The position numbers and the translations under genes are program-made. From assembly GCA_944320495.1 (NCBI GenBank), contig CALUHR010000005.1, forward strand, positions 128,001 to 192,000: a stretch of DNA of 64,000 nucleotides, written 5' to 3'. Shown one piece after another: positions 35,799 through 46,754 of this stretch (position 1 is the stretch's first letter; the number at the start of each line of letters is the position of its first letter). Origin of the DNA: Candidatus Methanomethylophilaceae archaeon. GTDB taxonomy: Archaea; Thermoplasmatota; Thermoplasmata; Methanomassiliicoccales; Methanomethylophilaceae. The notes beneath the pieces are model-generated. The model searched no databases, was not told where the DNA came from, and was given only the letters and a program-made list of their open reading frames with translations.

Positions 35799-36096
35799 AG
35801 ATCAACCTCAGATCACCGGATATGCGGTTCCTGAACCTATCGCCCATGTAGTCCTCGAACGCCAGGTCGACATCCCTTCCGAGGGCATCCTCGAGATCCT
35901 CCCTGTACGCCTCGACATCCAGGATGGACGCGTCATCCGTGGTCAGGATGCAGAAGTCATAGTCGCTGTCACGACGATTGTCGCCGCGTGAACGGGACCC
36001 GAAGATGGAGACGCGGATGATGGACTGGTGTCTCTCAGTGACCGACGACACCACTTGCCTGACATGTTCCAGGCTGTCCTTGCGTCTCCAGAACAT
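35785..36096 (-). CDS. Minimal nucleotidyltransferase (MNT antitoxin)
   Basis: SIFGSRSRGDNRRDSDYDF...LGRDVDL. Confidence 0.88.
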   Translation of the reverse strand: MFWRRKDSLEHVRQVVSSVTERHQSIIRVSIFGSRSRGDNRRDSDYDFCILTTDDASILDVEAYREDLEDALGRDVDLAFEDYMGDRFRNRISGDLRLIYERT

Positions 36097-36411
36097 GATA
36101 CGACATCGTCCCCTCGATAGATAATCGTTCTGGGACCACGTCGCGTGTCGCTTCCCGAACCCCAACCGATGCCCCCTAGCCCAATCCCTTGCCGACGTCC
36201 CGAACCGATTGCCGTCGGGGTTGCGAAGCGGTTTATCCCACCCCGCTCTCCACCGTCCCATGACCTGTCCGTTCTGCCACTGCGACATCCCCGACTTCTG
36301 TCCGTTCTCCCTCTGTCCCACCTGCGGACAGCCCATCGAATCGCGCCAAGCATGAATGGTTCGATTCATCCTTTTTGTGGATGAGTATGCCCATGAGGCA
36401 TTTGTCATCGG

Positions 36412-37599
36412 ATGTATTCTAATCCTCGAGGATTATACAGGATTGTGAGAATCCTACATAGAAAATCAAAGGATGACAGACTGACAGAATATCATCCGGA
36501 CACTTGGGAAGATATCAAAATCAATGGACTGCCACCTGGCGGCGTTCCGGGATATGTCGGACCATTTACCGCGAACATCGTTTTCAGAGGCAAGAGGTAC
36601 AAGATACCAGTAGGAATCGACGGATGTGTTCTGGCTGAGGATCTTGTGCGTAGATTCTACAAAATGGACGGCAAGAACAGAGACACTTCCAGAGACAAGG
36701 CGAGAGATGCTGAGAGGATTCTCAAAGGATACAATGGACTTAGGCCCGAGGATATTATCGAATGGTGGGCGGATCCCTCCAGTTGCGATATACTCGGAAT
36801 AGACGATAGCAAGCACTGGATAATCGCAAATGAGTATTATGACGATCCAGAACGCGCCGAAGTCAACGAATGGTTCTACATTTCGCCAAATTTCACTGAA
36901 TCTGAGAAGACAACCATTCGTGAAGCCCTCAACTCCTCATTCTCCCTCGATGAACTGAAGATGGTTGTTTCGGACGGAACTGTGAACATAGTTCCGGCCT
37001 TCACGATTGAACACGGTGCGGCTGGTGCGTTCAGCCCTATCAACAATGAAATCACGCTGAGGGTTGCGAAACGTAACGCAAAGAATCCTGAGGATACGCG
37101 CAACATCATCGATAAGAAGACTGTCATACACGAGGTTGTTCACGCCCTCAAATACCATGAGATTCGGCGCAAGCATCCGGTGACGAGAAGTCATTTTGAC
37201 GATTATTACTCACATCTCGACGATAACCTGGCAGAGGCGCATCGTTTCCAAGATTTGGAAGAATCCGAGACGGAACTTGAATCCATAAGCCGTCTGACAC
37301 CGTATAGTACGCCCTCGAATCCCGGGTATTATGCCCATCTTCCAGAATCGAGAGTTTATACAGACGATCCCCAGCAACGGTTCAGGGTTGCCAAGGATCT
37401 TATGATGGATGACAGGGACAAGATCGACAAAAAGAAGACACTGATCGGTCAAACCGGTAAAACTCTTTTGAACAGAATCGAACGCAAATACGAAAACACT
37501 CATATTTCCAGGTTGCAATACTTTGGTGACACCCCTGCCATTGAGACGGCCAGGAGAGTCAAGAAAAATGAAAAGGAGGAATCGAGACGGAAGAAATAA
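36412..37599 (+). CDS. Hypothetical protein with HEXXH (zincin-like) motif
   Basis: VIHEVVHAL; visibly AT-richer than its flanks. Confidence 0.6.
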   Translation: MYSNPRGLYRIVRILHRKSKDDRLTEYHPDTWEDIKINGLPPGGVPGYVGPFTANIVFRGKRYKIPVGIDGCVLAEDLVRRFYKMDGKNRDTSRDKARDAERILKGYNGLRPEDIIEWWADPSSCDILGIDDSKHWIIANEYYDDPERAEVNEWFYISPNFTESEKTTIREALNSSFSLDELKMVVSDGTVNIVPAFTIEHGAAGAFSPINNEITLRVAKRNAKNPEDTRNIIDKKTVIHEVVHALKYHEIRRKHPVTRSHFDDYYSHLDDNLAEAHRFQDLEESETELESISRLTPYSTPSNPGYYAHLPESRVYTDDPQQRFRVAKDLMMDDRDKIDKKKTLIGQTGKTLLNRIERKYENTHISRLQYFGDTPAIETARRVKKNEKEESRRKK

Positions 37600-37631
37600 C
37601 CTACATCGAGGGGTACGAAATCGATGCCCCC

Positions 37632-37889
37632 TTGGAGAACATGGTCCGCTATTACATGGACCTCGGCATGGATGTCCGCGAGGCAATTGCGGCCGCATAC
37701 GGCGTCAGACGCCCCGCTGTACTTGCGAGGATGCTCCGCATCTCCGAGAATGAGGCGTCTGGGGTCATAGACGCCACCTTCCGCAAGTTGGATGCCGTCG
37801 AATCGGATCTCGGCACCCCTAAGGATACGACGGGGTGTCTCGTCTACCCATCCTTCGGGGCACGATGTCCGCAGATCCACCATTCCTAG
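37632..37889 (+). CDS. Small HTH-like protein
   Basis: PAVLARMLRISENEASGVI. Confidence 0.45.
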   Translation: MENMVRYYMDLGMDVREAIAAAYGVRRPAVLARMLRISENEASGVIDATFRKLDAVESDLGTPKDTTGCLVYPSFGARCPQIHHS

Positions 37890-37952
37890 ATGGTATCCGA
37901 ATAGGCCGTTTCCCACGAAAGGTATAAATGCAACCGAAATCCCTTTTATATC

Positions 37953-38138
37953 ATGGACAGGAACACCGAGTGTCTGGACATATCCGGGGCCAAGGCGTCC
38001 GAGATCGTATCGATTGTGTCCACCGACGCGGGAATCCGCGTCACCCTCCGCGACGGCACCACCGGCATGGTCGGCGGCGGCATCGCCGAGTTCTACACCC
38101 TGAGGGACAGGTGCCCCTGGGCCGTCGCCGCGATGTGA
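37953..38138 (+). CDS. Hypothetical small protein
   Basis: Leaderless ATG after TATAAA/TTTTATA-like boxes. Confidence 0.5.
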   Translation: MDRNTECLDISGAKASEIVSIVSTDAGIRVTLRDGTTGMVGGGIAEFYTLRDRCPWAVAAM

Positions 38139-38189
38139 TGTGGAATCGGGAAAATGTGCGTGCTAACCGGGTTCCCCCGGCATGACACG

Positions 38190-38576
38190 CTACAATCGGA
38201 CATGATCTGGCCGATATATGGCGGTTTGCAGCCATCGAACCCTGTATGCCACGTATCCCGACTCCATTATCTCGTGGACGAACGAGGCGGGATCGCCCTT
38301 CGCCCTCTCGAACTCCTCGGGCGTCACCACCAGGACGTCCGTGTCCACGCGGAGTCTGCTCAGGGAGATGATGAGGGGTATGCGGCGGGAGATCCTGTCC
38401 CCCTCCGCATCCATGACCACGAGGATGTCGATGTCGCTGCCGTCCTCAGCCGTTCCCGAGGCGGCGGAACCGAAGATTACGACCTTCTGCGGATGGAACT
38501 CCGTGACGATCAGTTCGACGGCGTCGTCCACGAGACTGTAATCGAACATCGGATTCCCCCTTCCCCTGACCGGCAC
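38190..38576 (-). CDS. Nucleotidyltransferase (MNT) without adjacent HEPN
   Basis: KVVIFGSAASGTAEDGSDIDILVV...DTDVLV. Confidence 0.85.
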   Translation of the reverse strand: MPVRGRGNPMFDYSLVDDAVELIVTEFHPQKVVIFGSAASGTAEDGSDIDILVVMDAEGDRISRRIPLIISLSRLRVDTDVLVVTPEEFERAKGDPASFVHEIMESGYVAYRVRWLQTAIYRPDHVRL

Positions 38577-38683
38577 ACATTCCGAATCGGCCGGCGATAC
38601 TGGATGCGATCCCGGTGATTTAAGGGAGACATCGAAGACCTCCGTAGGTAACCCATATTACCGCATCCCGCATCCCCCTTCCC

Positions 38684-40009
38684 ATGAGGTTCTACGGCCG
38701 CGTATCGGAGATCGGCGTCATCCGCTCGCGCACCGACGACGGTCGCGGCGGATGCCGCATCACCGTCGTCACGTCCCCGAGACGCCACGGCCTCACAACC
38801 ACCGTCCTGAAGGCTATGGAGGACAGACACCACGTCTTCCTCCCCGTCACCCGCCAGTCGGACCCCGTCCTCGGCATGGACATGATGCGTCTCGCATCGG
38901 GGCAGGGATTCGAACTCCCCCCGTGCCGTTCCCTCCCGGACGTCCTCCGCGGCCTCATGCGGCTATCCCGGAAGGAACACCTCATCGCCGTCATCGACGA
39001 CATCGACGAGTCCTACTCCCAGTCCCCCGCCGTCCTCTCCGCCCTCGGAGAGGTTTGGAGGGATGAGGCGGCATCCTCGAACCTCGATCTCGTCGTCACC
39101 GGCCACACGGAATGGGTCCTCAGGGAGCTTTTCTCCGAGGAGGGGCCGATGGCCCACCCCGACACCGAATTCGTCCCCATCGGCCCGCTTTCCCTCAAAG
39201 AAATCAAAGCAATCCTCCATGACCACAACCCGGACTACCGTCCCGGAGACCTGATCGCCCTCTACGCCGTCGCGGGCGGCTCCCCCGCCCGCATCGGACT
39301 CCTCATGGACGGGGGATGCACCACAGAGGACTCCATCATCGGATCCGTCTCCGACCCTTCGTCCCCTCTGATCGCGGACATCCGCCTCACCATGGCCGAG
39401 ACCCTCGGCTACCGCTCCCGCGCCTACCGCACGATCCTCCGCTGCATCGCGCGGGGCGTCGACCGCAAGACGGAGATCGAGATGCACACGGGGATCCCGT
39501 CCGGGAAGTACCTGAGCCAGCTGGAGCTGGACTACGGGCTGATCCGCCCCGAGAGGTCCGTGTTCAGCCGCTTCGAGTTCGTCCGCTTCTCCATACCCGA
39601 CCCGTCGGTGCTGTTCCACTTCGCCGTCGTCGAACCCGTCGAGTGGAGGATCGCCATGGGCGACAGGGGCGCCCTGGCCGAGTCCGTCAAGGGGAACATC
39701 CAATCCTGCCTGGACAAGTCTCTGGTGTCCCTCCTGAGGATGGACATGGCCGAGCGGAACCCCGGATGCAGGGTCGGCGGGATGTGGAGCAGGGACGAGG
39801 ACACCGCCGCGGACGTCGTCGTGAGGGACGACGGGAACATGACGGGGAGGTTCTACTCCGTCGTCTCCCCTAAGGAGGAGCTGGAGGGGTCCGTGGAACG
39901 CCTCTCGAGGTTCTACGAGGGATACAGCGTGTCCTTCGGGACACTGGGGCCGGAGGATCTGCTCCATCCCGAGGACGACGTTCGTCGATGGTTTGAACTT
40001 GTGAAGTAA
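38684..40009 (+). CDS. Archaeal AAA ATPase family protein (DUF234-like), degenerate Walker A
   Basis: FYGRVSE, TSPRRHGLTT in place of GxRRxGKT, AVIDDID, YAVAGGSPA. Confidence 0.75.
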   Translation: MRFYGRVSEIGVIRSRTDDGRGGCRITVVTSPRRHGLTTTVLKAMEDRHHVFLPVTRQSDPVLGMDMMRLASGQGFELPPCRSLPDVLRGLMRLSRKEHLIAVIDDIDESYSQSPAVLSALGEVWRDEAASSNLDLVVTGHTEWVLRELFSEEGPMAHPDTEFVPIGPLSLKEIKAILHDHNPDYRPGDLIALYAVAGGSPARIGLLMDGGCTTEDSIIGSVSDPSSPLIADIRLTMAETLGYRSRAYRTILRCIARGVDRKTEIEMHTGIPSGKYLSQLELDYGLIRPERSVFSRFEFVRFSIPDPSVLFHFAVVEPVEWRIAMGDRGALAESVKGNIQSCLDKSLVSLLRMDMAERNPGCRVGGMWSRDEDTAADVVVRDDGNMTGRFYSVVSPKEELEGSVERLSRFYEGYSVSFGTLGPEDLLHPEDDVRRWFELVK

Positions 40010-40029
40010 CGATACGTCCCACCAGTGCG

Positions 40030-40097
40030 ATTGCACGCGGGGGGGGGGGTCCGCTGTCTTCGGCTGTCCTCCCCGTCCTCCGTTCGGAGGGAAAATG
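40030..40097 (+). promoter_or_regulatory. Shared adhesin 5' leader with G11 tract (40039-40049) and CCTCC/GGAGG hairpin
   Basis: Near-identical to 42875-42944. Confidence 0.75.
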
Positions 40098-42737
40098 AAC
40101 AAACAGATGATGACAGCCATCGTTCTGATGGCAATACTGTCTCTGACGGGAATTCTGGCCGTCGCTCCAGCGATTGATGCGGAGGATGTTGCTGACAATC
40201 AGGCCCATGACGTCCAGAAAACTGTTCTGGACAGCGAATACCTCGCATCCATCGGGGATTCGATGAACTATTACCGGTTGACTGGGGATTTCATTCTCCA
40301 GGACGATACTCTTGACCTAGGAGGCAAATCGATCCAGTTCCAAGGGGATTGCTCCCTTGACCTTAATGGGAAGAGGCTTCAGGCCAACGGTAACGTGATT
40401 TCGGTTCAGACCAAGGACTCTGCTGGAACCACGTACATATATGACAGTTCAACCGAGGGTAACGGCACGATTTACTCATCGATTACATCAACAAGTAGCG
40501 GTGCCATCGTGAATACGGGGAACCTTGTCATCCAGAGCGGTATCATCGAATCCACTGGAATCACCGTGTTCAACAACAACTATGGCGGAACGATCTCAAT
40601 ATCTGGGGGGACTCTGAAGGGGAGTACTGCACTTGCGATGTGGAAGGGCGATCTCACCGTCAACGGAGGAAACTTCGAAGGAACAAACTGCGGAATCGAG
40701 GTTAGAGGCTGGGGAAGCAACAACGCCTCGGCAACAATTAATGCTGGTACGATCGAGGCACCGGCCGCCATCGTAGTAGAAGGCGGAAGGGGTTCGACAG
40801 AGCTCCTCGTGAATGGCGGCACTATCACCGGCACCAACTACGGAATCTCCGGCAACGGAACCTATGACAATACGGACATTACAATTGCTGGAGGAACAAT
40901 ATCCAGCAGCAACGCACCCGCGATCTATCATCCCCAGAAGGGCAACCTGACCATCAAAGGGAACGACACTACCATCACCGGACCCACGGGAGTGTTGTTC
41001 TGCGGTAGCGGAAGCATCGACATATCCGGAGGTAAGATCACTGGAACTGGTGCATATAACATGGATGATGCAGAATCCAGCGGAAACCTCCAGACAGGTT
41101 CCGCGATTTCTGTGGTTACCCGCGACGGATACTACGAAGATGGTGATACAACCACGCTCACCATTACAGGAGGAGAATTCGTCAGCCAGCAATCCAGCGC
41201 CGTTTCCGAGATGAGATACAGCTACGACGAGACGGCCGGTGCCATCGTCGGTTCCGACAATTCCATGAGGTCCATCGTCTCCAGCATATCCATCGGGGCG
41301 GGAACCTTCAAGGGTGCCGAAGGCAGCGATGCCATCGATATTGACGATGCGGGCGATGAAACGAGCATCAGCGGGGGATCGTTCTCCAGCGATGTGAGGG
41401 ATTACTGCGAACCCGGATTCGCCCCCGCCCAGGACGTGAACGGCAACTACGTAGTCTCCGAGGATCCAGACTATGTTTATGGCGTCACCGCCGCCGAGTT
41501 CCTAGCCACCGGCTCGTACTCCGACGACGGAAAGACCGTCACCTTCTTCCTCGACAGGGACTACAGGATCACCGACGGCACCATCTACTTCGCCGATCTG
41601 GCCGAGCAGGGATACGAGTCCATCTCCATCGCCGGGAACGGACATACGATTTACGGCGGCCTAAGGTTCGATGCGGACTACGAGGACGGCGAGAGCCAGA
41701 GCTATTCCGTGACCATCTCCGACCTCAACCTGGATGGCAAGGAAATCGCTGACTGGGGATACGGCATCGTGATCCAGAACCAGAGCCCCGTCTCCAACCC
41801 CGCCCGCACCATAGACTTCACCATGACCGGCGGATCGGTCAGGAACTTCGATTCCAAGGGCATCTACCTGATCAACGTCCAGTCCGTGTACATCCAGGGT
41901 GCCGAGATCGAGAACTGCGCCACCGTCCCCCACTACCACGACGAGGCCAACGAGGACTTCAAGTACTACGTCAGAGGGGACTACGCGGTGGACATCGACG
42001 TCACCGGCATCGAAGGCGCGGAGATCAGGATCGACGACGTCGCCTTCTCCGGCAAGACCGGAGCGGTCGCCGCCCTCAAGATCGCCCAGCGCGGAGGCGC
42101 TGGCGACAATCCCGACACCTGGGGCGACGCCTCCATCTACGGCGTCATCCTGAACGGGCTGGACTTCTCCGCCTCCGAGGCACCGCGTGACATCATGCTC
42201 GGCAGCGAGCCCAACATCACCGGAGACGACGAGGAGGAGCTCAGGGACTACAACTCCGCCTTCACCGTCCTGCTCTCCGCCAGCGGCGAGACGGTCCTCT
42301 CCGTCTGGGGGGACGACAGGAACGGCGACAGGAACCTGGACGTGACCCTCTCCGACGGGTCCATGCTTGGCACCTCCTGCGAGACCAGCGGCGGGGAGCA
42401 CGGGAAGATCGGCTTGGAGCTTCTCTCCGGCTCCGCGAAGGTCTCCGGAGTGCTGGGGCCGAACATGTCACTGAAGGCCGACGAGGATGCGGTCACGTTC
42501 GAGGACTTCGCCGACGAGAGCGAGGGCGGACTCGAGATCGTCGAGCCCGAGCCGGAGCTCCCGCCCTTCATACCGTTCCCGCCCGAGCAGGGTGGGGACC
42601 CCGTGGAGGTCTACCCGAGCGGGGACAGCGGATCCTCCGACGACAGCGACGACACCCTGAAGGTCGTGGCCGTGGCCGCCGCAGCGGTCATCGCGGCCAT
42701 ACTGGCCATCGTCCTTGCGTCCACATACCGCAAGTGA
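40095..42737 (+). CDS. Adhesin-like surface protein (beta-helix-like repeats, C-terminal TM anchor)
   Basis: Signal peptide; G/T/I/N-rich repeats; tail LPPFIPFPPEQGGDPVEVYPS...VVAVAAAAVIAAILAIVLASTYRK. Confidence 0.88.
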   Translation: MNKQMMTAIVLMAILSLTGILAVAPAIDAEDVADNQAHDVQKTVLDSEYLASIGDSMNYYRLTGDFILQDDTLDLGGKSIQFQGDCSLDLNGKRLQANGNVISVQTKDSAGTTYIYDSSTEGNGTIYSSITSTSSGAIVNTGNLVIQSGIIESTGITVFNNNYGGTISISGGTLKGSTALAMWKGDLTVNGGNFEGTNCGIEVRGWGSNNASATINAGTIEAPAAIVVEGGRGSTELLVNGGTITGTNYGISGNGTYDNTDITIAGGTISSSNAPAIYHPQKGNLTIKGNDTTITGPTGVLFCGSGSIDISGGKITGTGAYNMDDAESSGNLQTGSAISVVTRDGYYEDGDTTTLTITGGEFVSQQSSAVSEMRYSYDETAGAIVGSDNSMRSIVSSISIGAGTFKGAEGSDAIDIDDAGDETSISGGSFSSDVRDYCEPGFAPAQDVNGNYVVSEDPDYVYGVTAAEFLATGSYSDDGKTVTFFLDRDYRITDGTIYFADLAEQGYESISIAGNGHTIYGGLRFDADYEDGESQSYSVTISDLNLDGKEIADWGYGIVIQNQSPVSNPARTIDFTMTGGSVRNFDSKGIYLINVQSVYIQGAEIENCATVPHYHDEANEDFKYYVRGDYAVDIDVTGIEGAEIRIDDVAFSGKTGAVAALKIAQRGGAGDNPDTWGDASIYGVILNGLDFSASEAPRDIMLGSEPNITGDDEEELRDYNSAFTVLLSASGETVLSVWGDDRNGDRNLDVTLSDGSMLGTSCETSGGEHGKIGLELLSGSAKVSGVLGPNMSLKADEDAVTFEDFADESEGGLEIVEPEPELPPFIPFPPEQGGDPVEVYPSGDSGSSDDSDDTLKVVAVAAAAVIAAILAIVLASTYRK

Positions 42738-42874
42738 TGACCAAACGAGGTCCACGAGACCTCACCTTACCGCCCCTCCGGGGGCGGACATCCTTCACGG
42801 TCTATGATTCTCTGACCATTCACCACAGATACCTTGTTTAACCCATACCGCGATGCGAACCCTCAGTGCTTCAG

Positions 42875-42944
42875 ATTGCACGCGGGGGGGGGGGGTCCGC
42901 TGTCTTCGGCTGTCCTCCCCGTCCTCCGTTCGGAGGGATAAATG
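42875..42944 (+). promoter_or_regulatory. Shared adhesin 5' leader with G12 tract (42884-42895) and CCTCC/GGAGG hairpin
   Basis: ATTGCACGC-Gn-TCCGCTGTCTTCGGCTGTCCTCCCCGTCCTCCGTTCGGAGGGA. Confidence 0.75.
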
Positions 42945-45900
42945 AATAGCAAGACAGTGGCCATCGTCGCTACAGCGGTGGCCTTCATTCTGGTGCTGTG
43001 CGTAGTGGTACCCGTTTCCGAGGAATCGGAGGCCGCCGACTACAACATCAATGATTCGCAGTCACTGAAAGATAATATCAGCACGATAACCAATGCGATA
43101 GCCTCGCAGTCCGCAACGAGCGCAACATATAACATCAAAATCACCAGCGACATCGAACTGGATTCTCTGAACCTGGATTTCAGTGGAAACAGGACTGAGG
43201 CGAAAAAATACACGATCAACCTCGACATCGGAACCAAAGAGGATCCGAAGACACTGACCCTTGCAGGAACGGAGACGGGGTCGGGGATCACAATCGCCAA
43301 CAACGGCCTCGACAGCATCACGATAAACATCAGATATGGCAACATCATCGACAACCGCACCCCGACGACGGGTCCGATGTCCACAATAACCGTGCAGGGG
43401 CCCGGTGATGGAACCGGCACCACCAATGCCACACTGCTCAACATGAGCGTCTCCTCCACCGTTCCGTCGACCTCCGAATCCAGTTGCATCCTGTCCGTCT
43501 CGGATGGGGCCTCCGTCACGCTCAACAGTGCCGTCCTCAAGACGAACGGGAATGACGGAACCGTAGGGGTATCGATGGAGCCAAACAACGGTTCCAAGAC
43601 CACGACACTGAAGACATACTTCGACACCCTGGTTGAATCGTCCGCCCAGGGAATCCTGACGGAAGTCGGAAAGACATCAATCTCAATGTCCGGCAACACG
43701 CATATCGTCAGCACCGGCTCCAATGCAATACAGCAGGACGGGGGAAAACTCACCGTCAGCAGTGCCAAAGTCGTGGTGGAAGGGGCTGATTACGCCATCT
43801 CCAAGAACGCAGGGGACCTCGCCGTCTCTGGCGGATTAATCAAGGGAACAATCGGTGCCATAGAGAACACCGGTACCAACAAGATCAGCACTACTCTGAG
43901 TCAAAGCGGAGGGGTGTTCAGCAGCGACATATCCGACGCATGCAACATAACCTCGGAATATTCCGTCGTACGGGTCGGAGACAGATTCTACGGATCCTAT
44001 GAGGGAGAAGAACCCGTCGCATCCATTGGAGATGCGAAATACTCGTCTATAAGCTATGTCAACGCCGCGCTCCACAGTTCAGATGCGGATTCGTTCGAAG
44101 TGACCCTGCTTTCCAATACGAGTAGCTCAACATTCACGCCCTTGAATGATGTTACCATCAATCTGAATGGATACAACCTCGCTCTGACCAGAAGCGATGC
44201 TCTCGTGGTGGACGGATTCTCCGTCGAAATCACAGGAACAGGCACTTTGAGTCTTTCCGCCCTCTCTATTCTCGGATCGGACGACCCGAACGCCGAGAAC
44301 TACAGCACGCTGAAGATCGGAGAAAACGTCACCGTCAAAGTGACCAACGCCATCATAATCGGCGAGGCCGACAGACCCCACGGATATGGGGTCGTCGTCG
44401 ATGTGAACGGAAAGATTGACGCTTCCACCGAACAGGGAAGCGAACCCCCTCAGGGAATCACCGTCAACGGAACCCTCAAGGACACCACCGGCAACACCCC
44501 AGTCATCAACGTCAACGGCGAGATTCTCGCGGTCAATAACAGCTACGCAATCTACGCCGCCGGATACGCCACATGGAACATCTACGGCAAGGTATCTGGC
44601 GGAACGGGAATCGAGATCCGCGCCGGAAACGTCAACGTCTACGATGGATCGACGATAACATCAACGGCTGAGGGGTTCACCGAGAAGAAGAACCCCGACG
44701 GCCCGACCATGATCGGTGCGGGAATCGCCGTCAGCCAGCACACCACCAACCTCCCGATCGCCCTGAACATCGAGGGCGGGGACATCTCCGGACCCTACGC
44801 GCTCTACGAGAAGGACCTCGAGGACGACACCGGAACGGAAGACATAGGCATGGAAGTCACCGGAGGTACATTCACCGGAACCACAGCATCCGTGTCCAGC
44901 GAGAACGTCAAGGACTTCCTCGCGGGAGGAACGTTCCTCAAGCAGAATGGCAACGAGACGCCCGTGGCGGACACCTCTCTGAACGAATCCGACCTCCTGG
45001 CGGGGGACCGCACCATCGACGAGGACGGAGGCGTCACCCTCGCGAACGCCGTCGCGAAGGTCGGCTCCGTGGAATACGGCACCATCGCCGACGCCGTCGC
45101 CGCGGCCAAGAACGGCCAGATTGTCACCCTGCTGAAGGATACTGCCGAATCCATAACCATTTCTGGCAAGGACATCACCCTCGACCTCGGGACCTACACG
45201 CTCACCAACACCGCCAATGAGCACACGATCACCGTCGAGTCCGGCGCGACCCTCACCATCCAGGGGAACGGTACCGTCGACAACATCTCCCATGCCAAGG
45301 CGGCCGTCTCCAACGAGGAGGGCGGCACCGTGACCCTGGAGGGCGGAAGCTACACCCGCAGCAAAGAGGCGGGGATGTCTAGCAACGACAACGGAGGCAA
45401 CTCCTACTACAACATCCTGAACCAGGGCACCATGACCATCAAGGCGGGGGTCACCGTATCCCAGAAGGGGGTCTACTCCAGCCTCATAGACAACGGCTGG
45501 TTCGATACCGACGGAATGACCGGCGACCATGAGGCCAAACTCACGATCGAGGGCGGAACGTTCACGGGCGGCAAGTACACGGTCAAGAACGACGACTACG
45601 GCACCGTCGAGATCTATGGCGGCACGTTCACCAACACGGCGCAGGCGACCGTCCTCAATTGGAACGAGATGACGATCGACGGAGGCACGTTCGACGGAAC
45701 TGGTGCTGGAGCGGTCATCGTGAACGGCCATTACGCTGACAGCAGTGTCGGTAGCCTGACCGTCAAGAAGGGACAGTTCAACGGCACAGTCGGAATCAAG
45801 GACGGCGGCTACGGTACTGGGACGACCATCCTCGTAGAGGGAGGTGATTTCGACGTCAGCGGCGACGTGTTCAGCTTCACCGGCGGCGAGCCCGACGTCT

Positions 45901-46652
45901 CCGTGTCCGGAGGTACCTTCAACAAGACCTTCGACAGCAAGTACATGGCACCCGGAGTCACCATGGCCCAGAACCCCGACGGCACCTACGGCGTGGTCGA
46001 ATCCATAACCATCACGTTCGTCGACATCGACGGAACCACCCTCAAGCAGGTAGACATACCCAAGGGATCCTCGGTCCCCGCCGAGGAGATCCCCGCGTTC
46101 GGCACCGCCCCCGAGAACTACGCGTACCACTGGAACAGCGAGGACGTGGTCGACGTCTATCCGGACATCGATGTGTTCTATACGGACACGACCCTCACCG
46201 CGGCCCTTCACATAGAGCCCTTCGAGATAACCGTCGAGGTCTCCGGAAACACCGCGACTGCGGTGTTCGATGTGCCCGTGGATGGCTGCACCGTCAACGG
46301 ATACCTCTGGTTCTACGTGAACGGGGAATCGTTCGAGGATGTCGGATCCGACGCCTCCGTCACCCTTGACAGGGACGGACTGTACTATGTCCAGGTGGAG
46401 GTGGAGGATTCCGAAGGCATCGTCGGCTACGGTATAGGCTACACAGAGTACACCGCCGGATCGGAGCTTCCGCCCTTCATCCCCTTCCCGCCCGAGCAGG
46501 GAGGGGACCCGGTCGAGGTGTATCCGAGCGGAGACAGTAGTTCGTCGTCCGACGATGGAGACGGCACCCTGAAGGTCGTGGCCGTTGCGGCCGCGGCCGT
46601 CATCGCGGCCATTCTCGCCATCGTCCTCGCGTCCACCTACCGCAAGGACTGA
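42942..46652 (+). CDS. Large adhesin-like surface protein
   Basis: Signal peptide; beta-helix-like repeats (xxIxGGxF); same C-terminal tail and anchor. Confidence 0.88.
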   Translation: MNSKTVAIVATAVAFILVLCVVVPVSEESEAADYNINDSQSLKDNISTITNAIASQSATSATYNIKITSDIELDSLNLDFSGNRTEAKKYTINLDIGTKEDPKTLTLAGTETGSGITIANNGLDSITINIRYGNIIDNRTPTTGPMSTITVQGPGDGTGTTNATLLNMSVSSTVPSTSESSCILSVSDGASVTLNSAVLKTNGNDGTVGVSMEPNNGSKTTTLKTYFDTLVESSAQGILTEVGKTSISMSGNTHIVSTGSNAIQQDGGKLTVSSAKVVVEGADYAISKNAGDLAVSGGLIKGTIGAIENTGTNKISTTLSQSGGVFSSDISDACNITSEYSVVRVGDRFYGSYEGEEPVASIGDAKYSSISYVNAALHSSDADSFEVTLLSNTSSSTFTPLNDVTINLNGYNLALTRSDALVVDGFSVEITGTGTLSLSALSILGSDDPNAENYSTLKIGENVTVKVTNAIIIGEADRPHGYGVVVDVNGKIDASTEQGSEPPQGITVNGTLKDTTGNTPVINVNGEILAVNNSYAIYAAGYATWNIYGKVSGGTGIEIRAGNVNVYDGSTITSTAEGFTEKKNPDGPTMIGAGIAVSQHTTNLPIALNIEGGDISGPYALYEKDLEDDTGTEDIGMEVTGGTFTGTTASVSSENVKDFLAGGTFLKQNGNETPVADTSLNESDLLAGDRTIDEDGGVTLANAVAKVGSVEYGTIADAVAAAKNGQIVTLLKDTAESITISGKDITLDLGTYTLTNTANEHTITVESGATLTIQGNGTVDNISHAKAAVSNEEGGTVTLEGGSYTRSKEAGMSSNDNGGNSYYNILNQGTMTIKAGVTVSQKGVYSSLIDNGWFDTDGMTGDHEAKLTIEGGTFTGGKYTVKNDDYGTVEIYGGTFTNTAQATVLNWNEMTIDGGTFDGTGAGAVIVNGHYADSSVGSLTVKKGQFNGTVGIKDGGYGTGTTILVEGGDFDVSGDVFSFTGGEPDVSVSGGTFNKTFDSKYMAPGVTMAQNPDGTYGVVESITITFVDIDGTTLKQVDIPKGSSVPAEEIPAFGTAPENYAYHWNSEDVVDVYPDIDVFYTDTTLTAALHIEPFEITVEVSGNTATAVFDVPVDGCTVNGYLWFYVNGESFEDVGSDASVTLDRDGLYYVQVEVEDSEGIVGYGIGYTEYTAGSELPPFIPFPPEQGGDPVEVYPSGDSSSSSDDGDGTLKVVAVAAAAVIAAILAIVLASTYRKD

Positions 46653-46754
46653 TGGATAAACGAGGTTCTCCGAACCTCCCTTACCGCCCCTTCGGGGCGG
46701 TTTCTCACCATACCCTCTTAAGACCCCATAGCACGATTCTCCCCCCGCATGAAA

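Noticed and set aside
36150-36340. Pyrimidine-rich CTGTCC(G/C) mini-repeats upstream of the MNT gene
   Set aside because: Only two or three short imperfect copies; no consistent period or structure.
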